From Candidatus Heimdallarchaeum endolithica (GTDB lineage Archaea; Asgardarchaeota; Heimdallarchaeia; Heimdallarchaeales; Heimdallarchaeaceae): a stretch of DNA of 64,000 bases. The position numbers and the translations under genes were made by a program. Where the stretch lies: positions 1-64,000 of the forward strand of contig CP084167.1 of NCBI GenBank assembly GCA_021513715.1. Direction: 5' to 3'. The notes under the pieces are model-generated. The model searched no databases. It was not told where the DNA came from and saw only the letters and a program-made list of their open reading frames with translations. Positions 45,655 through 56,588 of the stretch are shown here, one piece after another (the stretch's first letter is position 1; each line of letters begins with the position of its first letter).

Positions 45655-46689
45655 TGTTTACTCAATAGACTTGGGTTACACTTTTGAGCACTAGAGATAC
45701 ATAGGGGTGTTTCATGAATCTTTCTCCTGGGGTGAGGAAGTTAAGAGACTGGTGAAGACGACTAAAATTGTAGTAAGAGCGGTAGGTGAAGAGATCTGCG
45801 TTGCAGTATTTTAGACCTAATCTTTCTATCTCACGGATGATGGTTGGGTCACATGTAGTCTTTCTACTTTTCCACATGTTTTGGGGTGAAAAACTCTAGC
45901 TCTGATGTACTTTATTCCATCTGTTTAGTTTGGCACAAACGGGAGAAGGTACTTGTTTCTCCTCTAACGGAAGAGAAGAGTGCTCCATTGTCCGTGAGGA
46001 TAGACTCGGGGTAACCGTATCTTTTATTGCATCCTCTAGCAAACTTATTATCTGCTCTTTTCTTGGTGCAAAAGGGTGGAGTTTAGCTCCTAGGCTAAAT
46101 CGTGAGTGGTCGTCTATCAAGGTTATTTGATGTCGTCTATCCTTGTTCTTCTACCCAGAATGGTCCTTTCACATCTATTTGTCAGAATTCGTTAGGTTTT
46201 TGACGTTCAAAACTCTTGTATCGAGGTCTCTTCCTCTTTTTTCTATTAACCCATAAAGGAAGACCTAACTCTTTTATTACTTTCGTCACTGTCGTCTGGG
46301 AGAGTGCTTTTCCTTCTCTCTTCAACAAATAAGCTATCTTCTCTACATTCATTCCTTGTTTTATTCTTAACTCCCTTATCCTCTCTTTTAACTCCTCATC
46401 TACTTTCCTGTGTATAGTTTTTGGTCTGGAAGATCTATCTTTCCACCATTCTCCTTCAGGGTTCTCTTTGAACCTCTTCAACCACTTATACACAAACTTC
46501 CTACTCACCATATTCTTGTGAGCTACCTTTTTTATCTTCTCTCCTTCCAAAGCTTTTTTAACCACAATCTTTCTTAGTTTCTCCAGGTTACGTTCGTTTT
46601 TGTTCATAATATATCACTTACCCACGTAACCCACTTCTATTTATTTGTTACCAATGTGGTTGAGTATACAAATGTGAGTGGAGTATACA
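45655..46689 (-). mobile_element. IS481-family copy 2, degenerate, with a duplicated terminal end
   Basis: Highly similar to 30400-31413; transposase split into 46182-46607, 45896-46120 and 45662-45877; two tandem ...GAGTATACA ends (46670, 46689). Confidence 0.88.
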
Positions 46690-46742
46690 AAGAATTTTAA
46701 TTTAATGATAATACTTATTAGAGTACATGAAATCTCCAAATT

Positions 46743-47198
46743 GTGAGTGAATTGGATATAGAACATAGTGCTGGTATAGTTATTTATAACTCTGGCAGAT
46801 ATTTATTATTAAATTATGGTCGTAGTTGGAATTCTCCTGATCGTTGGGGTTTAACCAAGGGTCACATTGAAAAAGGAGAAACAATAGAACAAGCTGCTTT
46901 AAGAGAAGCTTACGAAGAAACTGGAATAAAACAGATAAAAATCTGTAAGGGATTTAAGAACAAAGTTACTTATTACTTTAATCGAGGAGATAAGAGAATT
47001 AAGAAAACAGTTGTATATTTAATCGGTTTAACAGAAACAACCAAAGTTCATATTTCAGCTGAACATACTGGATACTACTGGGCTAGTTATGAAAAAGCTT
47101 TAGAGATGCTAACTTTTGAAAATACAAGAAGAGTAATTAGGGCAGCAGAAGAATATCTGAGAGAAAACGATCTAGCTGTAGATTTCTATGATGATTAA
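46743..47198 (+). CDS. Nudix hydrolase (Ap4A hydrolase-like)
   Basis: KGHIEKGETIEQAALREAYEETGI; SAEH. Confidence 0.9.
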   Translation: MSELDIEHSAGIVIYNSGRYLLLNYGRSWNSPDRWGLTKGHIEKGETIEQAALREAYEETGIKQIKICKGFKNKVTYYFNRGDKRIKKTVVYLIGLTETTKVHISAEHTGYYWASYEKALEMLTFENTRRVIRAAEEYLRENDLAVDFYDD

Positions 47199-47244
47199 TT
47201 TATAAAGAAAAAATGTACTATAAGAAGTTTCTAAAGGTGAAAAA

Positions 47245-47811
47245 ATGGTACTAACTGAGGCAGATTTAGTAGCAAAGACTCCAATTAAAAAACCAAAAAC
47301 ATTTAATCCACTTGGAGCAGTTCTTACAGGATTCTTTATAGCTGAAGGCTTTGTATTAATATTTAATTCTTTAGTAAATAAATCAATAAATGCTTGGTAC
47401 AGTCTCCTAGGAACTGTTTTAGTCCTTTTTTCAATACTGTCCTACTCAATTTCTGTTTCATTAACAACAAAGAAGATAGAGTTTTTCAGACAATTAGAAA
47501 AAACCTATGACCTAAAAAAGAGTTTAATTGTTGAATCTATTTTATTTTACATAGGTTTTACTCCTGTATATGGGTTCTTTTTTGCCTATGGAGTGAAAGG
47601 TGTTCCTCTCTGGGTCTTTTTTGCAGTAATTGTTTTTTCTTGCCTTACATTTTCTGTATTTATGATCTTTAATATTCATTTATTACAAAGAGAAGAATCT
47701 AGAATGTTTCACCTTTTACAATCCTTCTATCAACCCAAAAAATGGCTATTATTGCTTATTTCAGTACTAATAATTGTTTCATCTCTAGTTTTTCTCATTT
47801 TTGTTTCTTAA
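47245..47811 (+). CDS. Multi-pass membrane protein
   Basis: About 5 TM segments. Confidence 0.7.
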   Translation: MVLTEADLVAKTPIKKPKTFNPLGAVLTGFFIAEGFVLIFNSLVNKSINAWYSLLGTVLVLFSILSYSISVSLTTKKIEFFRQLEKTYDLKKSLIVESILFYIGFTPVYGFFFAYGVKGVPLWVFFAVIVFSCLTFSVFMIFNIHLLQREESRMFHLLQSFYQPKKWLLLLISVLIIVSSLVFLIFVS

Positions 47812-47842
47812 AAAATAAAGAGATAAAAACAGTAGTTAAGCA

Positions 47843-48235
47843 CTAATAAGAGAGAATTTTAAATCCTTGTCTCAAAATAGAATCTTGAAGTTCTTTAAAA
47901 GCTTTTAATGCTTCATTAAAGTCTGTTTTTGATACTTTTGTTTCTACTGACTTTAGTCCTGCACCTCGAAACTTCCACAACTCTACACTATACATAAATT
48001 TCTCTGGATCTGGAATGTGTAAACCTGACCTATCGTATACATATCCTGATCTTTCCCCAAAAGAGAGCATTAGAATAAACCAATAATGTGGTCTTACATC
48101 TTCATCATCAGAAGGCTTTTCAAGAATAATTGTTTCTTCCATCTGTGCACTTTTTGTTTCTGCAGACAATTCCAATTTCTTTAAGTTACGATAAACTTCT
48201 GGAGGTAATTTACGAATTGACATAGTTTTGTTCAC
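47843..48235 (-). CDS. Hypothetical protein (weak WGR-domain-like C-terminus)
   Basis: YSVELWKFRG...FNEALKAFKEL...QGF. Confidence 0.55.
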   Translation of the reverse strand: MNKTMSIRKLPPEVYRNLKKLELSAETKSAQMEETIILEKPSDDEDVRPHYWFILMLSFGERSGYVYDRSGLHIPDPEKFMYSVELWKFRGAGLKSVETKVSKTDFNEALKAFKELQDSILRQGFKILSY

Positions 48236-48389
48236 CTAATATGAAACAAAAGATATTATGATACATAAAGTTACCTTATTAAAAATTTTTTGAATGGAGT
48301 TTCAAAATGCATTATCAGAATCAGATTTAAAAAGGATTTATAAATGAATATCTCCTTATATAATTAAAATAAGAAAAGAGCGCAAGAAT

Positions 48390-50972
48390 ATGGAAAAACC
48401 TCTCTCTATCATAATTACAGATGTAGACTTTTTTATTCAAGAGTCAACAGAAGAGAGAAATGAGCCTGTTATTCGAATTAAAGGGCGTAACAAGAAAGGA
48501 GAAGTTGTTGTTTTCCATGTTAAAGGGTTTTTCCCCTATTTTTATGTTAAAGATTTACCTCAAACACAAAGCACGATACAAAATTTACTACAAGTTAAAC
48601 CTGAATTTGGAGATTGGATCATAAGAACTGAACATGTTTTAAAAAGGACTTATTATCAATTAAGACCTATATATTTATACAAGATTTTAGGTAATAATCC
48701 TTGGAAAATTAGAGGTTTTAGCAGGTTTCTTATGAATAAAGGGATAAAATGTTATGAGAATGATGTCCCTTTTGTTTCCAGATTCTTAATTGACACTGAT
48801 CTACGTGCATTAAATACTGTGATAGTTTCAGAGTATGAATTCTTGAAAAGAGAGAATGAAATTGACTATTATACAACTTATTATTCAAATATTTCTCCTT
48901 CAGAGGAAGAAACAGAGTATTTTCCATTAGTTGTAGCTTTTAAAATATTCATTGAGTTATCAGATAAAGGAGAAAAGAAAACACGAGCTACTTACTTAGA
49001 AGAAGGGACTAGACGGATAATAGGAGCTAGTATTACTTGGGGAAAAAAAGGAGAAATAAAAGGTAAGAAACACTTTATTTTAGAAAATGACTCTGATGAA
49101 GAGGAAGTAAAACTTATTCTTGACTTCTGGAATTTTATTCATTCTTTATCTCCTGATGTATTAGTCAGTTTTAAAGGAAACTCAATAGACCTTGCATATA
49201 TTATAAAGCGAATGAACCATTTTGAGCTCCCATTAAGTATTTGTAGCCCTTATTCTAATGGGAAAGTAAAAGAGCCTACCACTTTCTATGGTTACCGAAT
49301 TTCAGGTTACATGGTCTATGATCTAGTTTCAAGATCTAGATGGATGAGATTAAAAACTGGTCAATCTAGATTAACTGATCTTGTTGCTGCATATTTAGAT
49401 GAGAAGAGGAAAGTTACTTCAAGTGAAATAAACAATTTGTGGATTGATGCAAAAGTTAAACACGATTCTCAAGCTAATCTGAAACTTGAGAAAACAATTG
49501 ATTCAGATAGCGCTTTTATCTATAAACTCTTTGTTGTTTTAGGTTTTGATGAGTGGTTAGAGGTGATGAAAATTGTGGGTATTCAACCTTCAAAAGGTAT
49601 CTATTCTACTGCTCGTCATCTTGGAGAATTTGAATTAATGAGAGTTATACACAAAAATAACACGATTATTCCTAGTCTTCCTTCCCCTAAAGAAAAAGAA
49701 AGAAGAAAAATAAATAGACCTTTGGCTGAAGGAGGATTTGTTATGGAACCAAAAGGAACATTACATAGGGCAGTTTTAATAGCTGATTTTACAAGTATGT
49801 ATCCTAGTGTAATAGTCACACATAATATAGGAGGGGAAAGTTTCAAAGGTCTAACTTACAGTTACTATGAGCGTTTTTATCATAAACCTGAAACAGCGTT
49901 AAGAGTGATGGAAAAGAAGTTGTTATCTGAACGAAAAGAATTGAAAAAAGAGATAAAAGAGTTAGAATTATTCATTCGTTCTTTTCCTGAAAAGAAAGAT
50001 GAGATTAATAATAAACTTAGAAAAATGAAAATAAAATCTAGCGCCTTAAAAGTAATAGCAAACTCATTATATGGAAGTCACAACTATATAGGTAGCAGAT
50101 TTTATAATACTGATATTTCAAATGCTATTACTCACTTTTCTAAAGTCTATATTGAGAAAGTAGCTAAACTTGCTCAAGACTTCAGTGGGGGAAAAGTTGA
50201 AATTGTTTATGGAGACACAGATAGTGCTTTTCTCAAACTTCATGATGAAGAAAGTGTTTTTTCAGCTTATGAGAAGGTAAGAAGGGGAGAGCAATTTAGC
50301 CTTGATTATGTTCCTGAAGCTAAAGATTTGCTCTATTACATCAATTCGAAACTTCCTGAAGATATGACACTTGAATTCGTTGATTTGGCCTTGAGGATTG
50401 TTTTTGCTAAAGAAACGAAGAAAAGATATAGTTATGTTAGTGTTGTGACAGGAAAATTGGAAATTATAGGTTTTGAAGCTATACGTTCAGATTTTAGTTC
50501 TTTTGCAAAGAAAGTTCAAACACTTGCTTTAGAGAAATTATTACGAGAAGGAAGTTATGAAAAAGCAAAAAGGGCTGTTATTAATTTCTGTAAGGAATTC
50601 CAAAAAAAGAAAGGAAAAGAACTTTTCCAACTTGTAACAATATATGGTCCTGTTAGAAAGCATCCTTCAGAATATAAAAGCAAAACTCCTGCAATTGCTG
50701 CTTTGTTAGAATATTCCAAAGTTAAACACATTTCTATAGAAGAGTTGCAAAAAGAATATCAGCGTTTTCCATATGTTATTGTTAAAGGACCAGATGATAA
50801 AAATATCCACAAAAGAGCTAGGCATCCTTCTCTTATTAAATCAATAAATGAAATAGATCGAGACTATTACATTGAACAAGCTTTACGCTCTATTCAAAGG
50901 ATTGGAATAGAAATTAAACCTTCAGAAATTGCTTTAGATGCAATTTCAATATTAGATTTTTCACTAGATTAG
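48390..50972 (+). CDS. polB: Family B DNA polymerase with degenerate exonuclease motifs
   Basis: DFTSMYPS, KVIANSLYG, YGDTDS, KKRY; ExoI reads AFKIFIE. Confidence 0.93.
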   Translation: MEKPLSIIITDVDFFIQESTEERNEPVIRIKGRNKKGEVVVFHVKGFFPYFYVKDLPQTQSTIQNLLQVKPEFGDWIIRTEHVLKRTYYQLRPIYLYKILGNNPWKIRGFSRFLMNKGIKCYENDVPFVSRFLIDTDLRALNTVIVSEYEFLKRENEIDYYTTYYSNISPSEEETEYFPLVVAFKIFIELSDKGEKKTRATYLEEGTRRIIGASITWGKKGEIKGKKHFILENDSDEEEVKLILDFWNFIHSLSPDVLVSFKGNSIDLAYIIKRMNHFELPLSICSPYSNGKVKEPTTFYGYRISGYMVYDLVSRSRWMRLKTGQSRLTDLVAAYLDEKRKVTSSEINNLWIDAKVKHDSQANLKLEKTIDSDSAFIYKLFVVLGFDEWLEVMKIVGIQPSKGIYSTARHLGEFELMRVIHKNNTIIPSLPSPKEKERRKINRPLAEGGFVMEPKGTLHRAVLIADFTSMYPSVIVTHNIGGESFKGLTYSYYERFYHKPETALRVMEKKLLSERKELKKEIKELELFIRSFPEKKDEINNKLRKMKIKSSALKVIANSLYGSHNYIGSRFYNTDISNAITHFSKVYIEKVAKLAQDFSGGKVEIVYGDTDSAFLKLHDEESVFSAYEKVRRGEQFSLDYVPEAKDLLYYINSKLPEDMTLEFVDLALRIVFAKETKKRYSYVSVVTGKLEIIGFEAIRSDFSSFAKKVQTLALEKLLREGSYEKAKRAVINFCKEFQKKKGKELFQLVTIYGPVRKHPSEYKSKTPAIAALLEYSKVKHISIEELQKEYQRFPYVIVKGPDDKNIHKRARHPSLIKSINEIDRDYYIEQALRSIQRIGIEIKPSEIALDAISILDFSLD

Positions 50973-51085
50973 AATAAACTTTTTTTAAAAATTAAGATAG
51001 TATAGAAAAAAATTTTGTTCTTTTTTGATTTTTGCTTGATAAGTTAATTTTTTATATGTTAATAAAAGTATTAAATTAGAAAGAG

Positions 51086-51325
51086 GTGAAAGTATTGGCA
51101 CGATGTCCTGATTGTGGAGGAGAAGTTAAGTACAAGGCTCCTTTTATGGTTTGTATGGATTGTGGTCTTTCGTTTAGACGAGATGAATTTGAAAAAATGG
51201 AGAAAAAAATAAAGCAGGAATTAAAAACTGCAGTTGGTTTAAGTGAAGAAGAAAAGCAAAGAGAAGACAGGGAGAAAAAGCGTTCTTATTATCGTTGGTT
51301 GATGAAAAGGGAGGACGAGGATTAG
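51086..51325 (+). CDS. Zinc-ribbon protein
   Basis: CPDCGG...CMDCG. Confidence 0.75.
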   Translation: MKVLARCPDCGGEVKYKAPFMVCMDCGLSFRRDEFEKMEKKIKQELKTAVGLSEEEKQREDREKKRSYYRWLMKREDED

Positions 51326-51326
51326 A

Positions 51327-51587
51327 ATGACGATTATTGCTCAACATCTTAAATGTGATTTAAGAAAAAAATGTGCATCATGTAGCAAATATCTTTTTTC
51401 TCCAAAACAAAGAGCTAGATATTTTTACTGCCCAGAGTGCAAATATGACATTCTTTGTGATAGAGGGTTGATTCAGAACTTTACTACAGATAAAAATGGA
51501 ATGATTAAAAAGCAAAATCTATGTATGATCTGTAGAACTGAAGTTGAAGAAAGAATGTGGCCCGATGATAGCGAGAATATTGAATAA
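51327..51587 (+). CDS. Zinc-finger protein
   Basis: CASC, CPEC and CMIC motifs. Confidence 0.7.
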   Translation: MTIIAQHLKCDLRKKCASCSKYLFSPKQRARYFYCPECKYDILCDRGLIQNFTTDKNGMIKKQNLCMICRTEVEERMWPDDSENIE

Positions 51588-51610
51588 AAATAAAAAAAGA
51601 GAAATTAAGT

Positions 51611-52987
51611 TTAATGTATAACATAGAGACCTGGGTCATCCATGACATAGATTGTTGCATCTGGATTTTTATCTAAATATGCTTTTACTTCTTTTCTTAA
51701 AGCTTCCAATGGATCATCATCTGGTTGATTAATTGGAACAATTCTATAATCTTTTACCATTTCTGGATCCATTGTTGAAAGAAGTTTTAGATTTCCTTCT
51801 CCAATCGTTTTGACAATTCTGAGTAAATCTACCGGCTTTTGGTTACCAATTTTGAAGGTCTCTTCACTGCAATAGTTGTCAAGCACATATTCTAAAGCTT
51901 GCTGAAGTTCCATGTCTTTGCTTTCTTGCATAACTTTTTCATAATTAGCGTTTCCTATTCCATCGGGACATGGAGCTACTGCGATGATTTCTCCCTTTCC
52001 ATCTTTTCTACAAGCATTCCAAGCAGCGTGAATTCCTTTTCCTGTTTGATAAAGATTTATTCCCCATGATTGATTTCCTATGATAACAAGATCACTAGGT
52101 TTTTCTACCTCTACAGTTCTCATTGGAACAATATTTTTTACTCCTTCTTCATGTAAAGCTATTAAATCTCCTGCGTTGATATAGACTATTTCTCCTTCAG
52201 TTACTATAGTATCTATACCGAAAATAGTTACTTTTTCTTTGAGTATTTTTACCATCTCTTTAATATCAGAGATTACAGGATTTGTGTCATCTGCATTTCC
52301 TAATCTACAACCCGGAACAAAACCTAGTTCACGATCAAACATACGTGGATGATTGATTCTTACTGTATCTCTTGCAGCAATACCAGGGCAGATTTCTTTA
52401 ACTGTACCTGCGACTCCAGCAAAATAATGCAATTCAGTATCTGTAATTGGGATAAGAATTGAACTTTCAAAAGCCAGTCTGTTGAAACCCATAGGTGTTC
52501 CTGCTGGACTAGTTCCAATCATTTCTACATCTTTATCACAATCATGAATTACAACTAGTTCTCTATAATCTTTGAGTATTTCTTCTCCGAAAATCTTTGG
52601 TAATTCATCTTCTCTTGGCTTTCTATGTGTTCCAGCAGCTACTAAAAGGCGGATATCCTCTTTTGCAACCCCTAAATCAAGTAATTTTTTCATGAAATAA
52701 GGTAGTACTTTTTTAGTATGAACATTGGGTCGTGTATTATCGTCAACTGCTATAACAATAAGCTTCCCAGGTTCATATTTCTTTTTTACAAGTTCTGTAA
52801 AAGTTATATCGTATCCTATAGGATTTTCAAGTACGTGATCGATAGCTTCCTCTAAAGTTCCTTCATACTGTTTTTTTCTACTAAATTCAGGAGGATGCAA
52901 AAACTTTGTTTTTTCTTTATACTCACTTGGAATAAAGTGATTAAGAAATTTGTCCCCCCATGATATAGGTGTATCTAAATATTCCAT
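51611..52987 (-). CDS. larA: LarA-family nickel-pincer racemase/epimerase
   Basis: VDDNTRP, AAGTHR, HDCD, HYFAG..GTVKEICPG, NLYQTGKG. Confidence 0.85.
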   Translation of the reverse strand: MEYLDTPISWGDKFLNHFIPSEYKEKTKFLHPPEFSRKKQYEGTLEEAIDHVLENPIGYDITFTELVKKKYEPGKLIVIAVDDNTRPNVHTKKVLPYFMKKLLDLGVAKEDIRLLVAAGTHRKPREDELPKIFGEEILKDYRELVVIHDCDKDVEMIGTSPAGTPMGFNRLAFESSILIPITDTELHYFAGVAGTVKEICPGIAARDTVRINHPRMFDRELGFVPGCRLGNADDTNPVISDIKEMVKILKEKVTIFGIDTIVTEGEIVYINAGDLIALHEEGVKNIVPMRTVEVEKPSDLVIIGNQSWGINLYQTGKGIHAAWNACRKDGKGEIIAVAPCPDGIGNANYEKVMQESKDMELQQALEYVLDNYCSEETFKIGNQKPVDLLRIVKTIGEGNLKLLSTMDPEMVKDYRIVPINQPDDDPLEALRKEVKAYLDKNPDATIYVMDDPGLYVIH

Positions 52988-53231
52988 TTTCTTTCACCAG
53001 AAGGTTATTTCTAAGGTTGAGGAACAAAACCTAATATAAATTTTTGTTAAGAGATATATAAGAAGTTATTAATTGAAGCTTAATCTAAATTCATTTCCTT
53101 AATACTTTTTTTTTAAAAGTAATAAAAAACTTATTCTTTTTTCGCTTTAAGAAATAGTAAACTCAATGATTTAACAAAAGTGTTTTATCTTCTTCAAAAA
53201 ACAGTACCATAAGATAGTTTAGGAGATTAAA

Positions 53232-54119
53232 ATGAAAATTATTCCTGGTCCAGCTTCAATTGAACTCGCAGAAAGAATAGCAAAAGATCTTGGTCTTTCA
53301 ATAGTGAAATATAGTTACAAACATTTTTATGATAATGAAACGTATTTAAGAGTTGATGAAACAGTTAAAGACGAAGCAATATTAATAATACAGTCTACAC
53401 ATTTTCCTCAAGAGAAACATTGGTTAGAGCTGTTTATACTTTGTTCTACACTTAAAGATTTAGGGGCTTCTGAAGTAATAAGCATAATTCCTTATCTATC
53501 CTATGCAAGAGCTGATAAAAGAAAAATAGAGGGTGAAGCACTTTCTCACCAAATTTTAATTGAACTTTTAGAGAAGAGTGGTTGTGATTGCGTTATAACA
53601 ATGAATGTTCACAATCCTGAAGCTTTCTATTCTTCTTCTAAAGGAATTGAAAAGATAAATATTAATCTCTTTCACCATATTGGAGCTGAATTAAAGAATA
53701 AGTACAAAAACTTCGTTGTTGTTGGACCAGATAAAGGAGCAGAAGAAGATGTAAGAACATTAGCTAAACTGCTGGAAACAGATTATCTCCTTTTTGAAAA
53801 AGAAAGAGATGCTTTAACAAATGAAGTAAAAATGAAAACGCCAGATTATAATTTTGAGAATAAAGATGTTTTATTGGTTGATGATATAATTACTTCAGGA
53901 GGAACAGCAAAACTTGCTTCCAAGCTTATTTTGGAAAAAAAACCACGAATACTTCAGTTTTTGTGTATTCACGCTTTATCCAAAGATGAAGTTTATTTAG
54001 AATTGAAAAATATGGGAGTAGAAAAAATAATAAGTACAAACACAATTCCTAATAAACAAATAAAACAGTTGGATATCGCTCCTTACATTGCTAAATATAT
54101 CAAAGAAAAGTTTCTTTAA
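53232..54119 (+). CDS. prs: Ribose-phosphate pyrophosphokinase
   Basis: IPYLSYARADK, GPDKGA, LLVDDIITSGGT. Confidence 0.93.
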   Translation: MKIIPGPASIELAERIAKDLGLSIVKYSYKHFYDNETYLRVDETVKDEAILIIQSTHFPQEKHWLELFILCSTLKDLGASEVISIIPYLSYARADKRKIEGEALSHQILIELLEKSGCDCVITMNVHNPEAFYSSSKGIEKININLFHHIGAELKNKYKNFVVVGPDKGAEEDVRTLAKLLETDYLLFEKERDALTNEVKMKTPDYNFENKDVLLVDDIITSGGTAKLASKLILEKKPRILQFLCIHALSKDEVYLELKNMGVEKIISTNTIPNKQIKQLDIAPYIAKYIKEKFL

Positions 54120-54154
54120 TAATAATTTACTCTTTATTCGATCTTTATAACCTC

Positions 54155-55204
54155 GTGATTAATATGAAAAAATATCTTGTTTATCTTTCTGGAGACTATC
54201 TCGATTTAGCTTTTGAAGAGTTAAAAGCTAGTTTAGAAGCAGAAAAAATAGATTATTTTAATATAGAACTAAACTCCCAAGTTGCTGTTTTTGAAAGCCA
54301 AAACTCTCCTTTAATTGCTGTAAAACGTTGTGCTTATTCACATTTCTTAGCTGAACTTTGTTTTATAGGAGAGATCGAAAATAATAGGCTAAACATTCAA
54401 GTTCTTACTCTTCCAGAGCTAGAAGAAAAAAAATCGATAAGAGTAAGAATCAATAAGGTAGGAAAGAAAAAGACGAGTTTTAGTACTTCTAAAATGGAAA
54501 AAACTATTGCAAAAGAAATCTATGAACATTATCAAAACCACGATTTTGAAGTTGATCTTATAAATTCAGATTATACTTTTAGAGGAATATGTGTAGAAAA
54601 CAAGTTATTCGTTGGTTTTGAACTATATATTCAAGATAAAAAAGAAATTGTTAAAAGAGAACCAGGAAAAAGACCAGTGTTCAGACCAGGAGCAATGAAA
54701 GTTAAATTTTCTCGTTCTCTTGTTAATCTCTGCAGAGTTAAAAGAGATTCGATTTTTTATGATCCTTTTTGTGGAGGGGGAGGGTTATTGCTTGAATCTA
54801 CTCTTTTAGGAGCCTATTCTATTGGTTCAGATTTGGATTACAGAGCAATAGAATGTTCAAAAATTAACCTAAAAGCTTATGTTCAAAAAAAATACGCGTT
54901 AATAGTAGCTGATTCTAGAAAATTGCCAATTATTTACGCTGATGCTATTGCAACAGATCCTCCTTATTCTATACAATCCTCAACGCATGGAGAAGAAATT
55001 CTTTCTTTGCTTTCTAAATTCTTAAAAGAAGCTCAAAATATCTTGAAGAAAGGTTCTTATTGTGTTTTTTGTTCTCCTAAAAAGAATCAACCAGAAAAAA
55101 TAATAGATTATTTTCCTAGCTTTCATTTAAAAACAATGATTGATACTAGAATACATGGGTCATTAACTCGACGCATAATTGTATTGGTGAAAAATAGTGA
55201 CTGA
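54155..55204 (+). CDS. trm11: tRNA (guanine10-N2)-methyltransferase
   Basis: THUMP-like N-terminus; DPFCGGGG, ATDPPY, IHGSLTR. Confidence 0.85.
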   Translation: MINMKKYLVYLSGDYLDLAFEELKASLEAEKIDYFNIELNSQVAVFESQNSPLIAVKRCAYSHFLAELCFIGEIENNRLNIQVLTLPELEEKKSIRVRINKVGKKKTSFSTSKMEKTIAKEIYEHYQNHDFEVDLINSDYTFRGICVENKLFVGFELYIQDKKEIVKREPGKRPVFRPGAMKVKFSRSLVNLCRVKRDSIFYDPFCGGGGLLLESTLLGAYSIGSDLDYRAIECSKINLKAYVQKKYALIVADSRKLPIIYADAIATDPPYSIQSSTHGEEILSLLSKFLKEAQNILKKGSYCVFCSPKKNQPEKIIDYFPSFHLKTMIDTRIHGSLTRRIIVLVKNSD

Positions 55205-56132
55205 GAAAGTTGAAGTAGTTTTCTTAGGTACGGCAGCTTCATTACCTCAGAAGAATAGAATGCAAAGTTGCACTGCTATTAGGTTTAGAGATTATACCTT
55301 AATAGTAGATATGGGAGAAGGTGCTCAAAATCAAATTAGAGAATACAAGATTAAAACTTCAAATAAAGTTTACATTCTTCTAACTCATTTACATGCAGAT
55401 CATACAATTGGTTTAGTAGGTTTCTTGTCTAGTAGAAACTTGTTAAAAATAGAAAAAAAAATCACTGTAATTGGGCCTCCAGGGACAAGACGTTTTTTTT
55501 ATTTTATGTTCTTGTCTTTCAACTTTCTTCCCAAATTTGAACTAGAAATCATAGAAACAGAAGGAGAAATTGTCCTTAATATCCAGGATTTCTCAATTAA
55601 ATCTTTTAAAGTTAGACATTCTTCTCCTGTAAATCTAGGATATAAAATAACTTTTTACCCTACTTCCTTCGCTAAATTTAATCCTGAAAAAGCAGAAAAA
55701 AAAGGTATTCCAAAAGGATTACTTTGGAAAAAACTGCAAGAGGGTTTCTCTGTAGAGGTTGATGGAAAGAAGATTCTACCATCTGAAGTCTTAGAACCAA
55801 GACAGTCAAAAGAAGTAAGAATCACTTTTTCTGGTGATACTCGCCCTTGTGATAGTTTAATTAATAATGCAAAAGAAGTGGATTTGTTGGTTTGTGATGC
55901 TACTTATCCTGAAGAATGTGGTGAAAGAGCAGAAGAATTTTTGCATTCAACAATTGAAGAAGCTGCAGTAGTTGCAATGAAAGCAAACTGTAAACAGGTA
56001 GTTTTCACACACTTTTCAGAGTTTTATACTGATTTTGAATCGAGTTTAAATAGAGCAAGAACTATTTTTCAGAACTCTTCATTAGCTGAAGAAGGAAAAA
56101 GAATAATCTTAGATTTTTCCTACAATTCTTAA
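55197..56132 (+). CDS. rnz: Ribonuclease Z
   Basis: FLGTAAS, THLHADH, exosite GIPKG..WKKLQEG, SGDTRP, THFS. Confidence 0.93.
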   Translation: MTEKVEVVFLGTAASLPQKNRMQSCTAIRFRDYTLIVDMGEGAQNQIREYKIKTSNKVYILLTHLHADHTIGLVGFLSSRNLLKIEKKITVIGPPGTRRFFYFMFLSFNFLPKFELEIIETEGEIVLNIQDFSIKSFKVRHSSPVNLGYKITFYPTSFAKFNPEKAEKKGIPKGLLWKKLQEGFSVEVDGKKILPSEVLEPRQSKEVRITFSGDTRPCDSLINNAKEVDLLVCDATYPEECGERAEEFLHSTIEEAAVVAMKANCKQVVFTHFSEFYTDFESSLNRARTIFQNSSLAEEGKRIILDFSYNS

Positions 56133-56584
56133 GAAAAACTATAAATCTCCCTAAAACTTCTAGGACTTAATTCTTTTCCTTTTTCAGTTTTTGGAGCCAG
56201 CCAATCTAGGATCTCTTCTGCAGTGTTTTTCTCTGTTTGTAAGCGAATTTCAACATGACCAAAAGGTGATGAAGTATCTTCTGTTACTACTGCAATTCTT
56301 TTAGAATAGAGAGCTTGTTTATGTAAATATAAAAGTAATGTATATTCATCTTCAATAACTGCGCAAGCTCTTACAGTATCTAAGAATTTCTTTTGCCTGA
56401 TATCAGAAAAGATTCTCTTAAGCAGTCCAATGCCAATATTTGAAGAGTATAAGAAATTGTTTTCTCCTTCTTTTATTAATTTTAATTTAATTTTTTTATC
56501 AAAAAGATTTTCAAAACATTTCTCGATTTTTTCTTTTTCTTCAGTTGGATAGATAGGAGTTTTAACAGAGATTGTTAAAGTCAT
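56129..56584 (-). CDS. UPF0201/DUF54 putative RNA-binding protein
   Basis: PIYPTEEKEKI...LDTVR...LHKQA...WLAP. Confidence 0.85.
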   Translation of the reverse strand: MTLTISVKTPIYPTEEKEKIEKCFENLFDKKIKLKLIKEGENNFLYSSNIGIGLLKRIFSDIRQKKFLDTVRACAVIEDEYTLLLYLHKQALYSKRIAVVTEDTSSPFGHVEIRLQTEKNTAEEILDWLAPKTEKGKELSPRSFREIYSFS

Positions 56585-56588
56585 TTTT

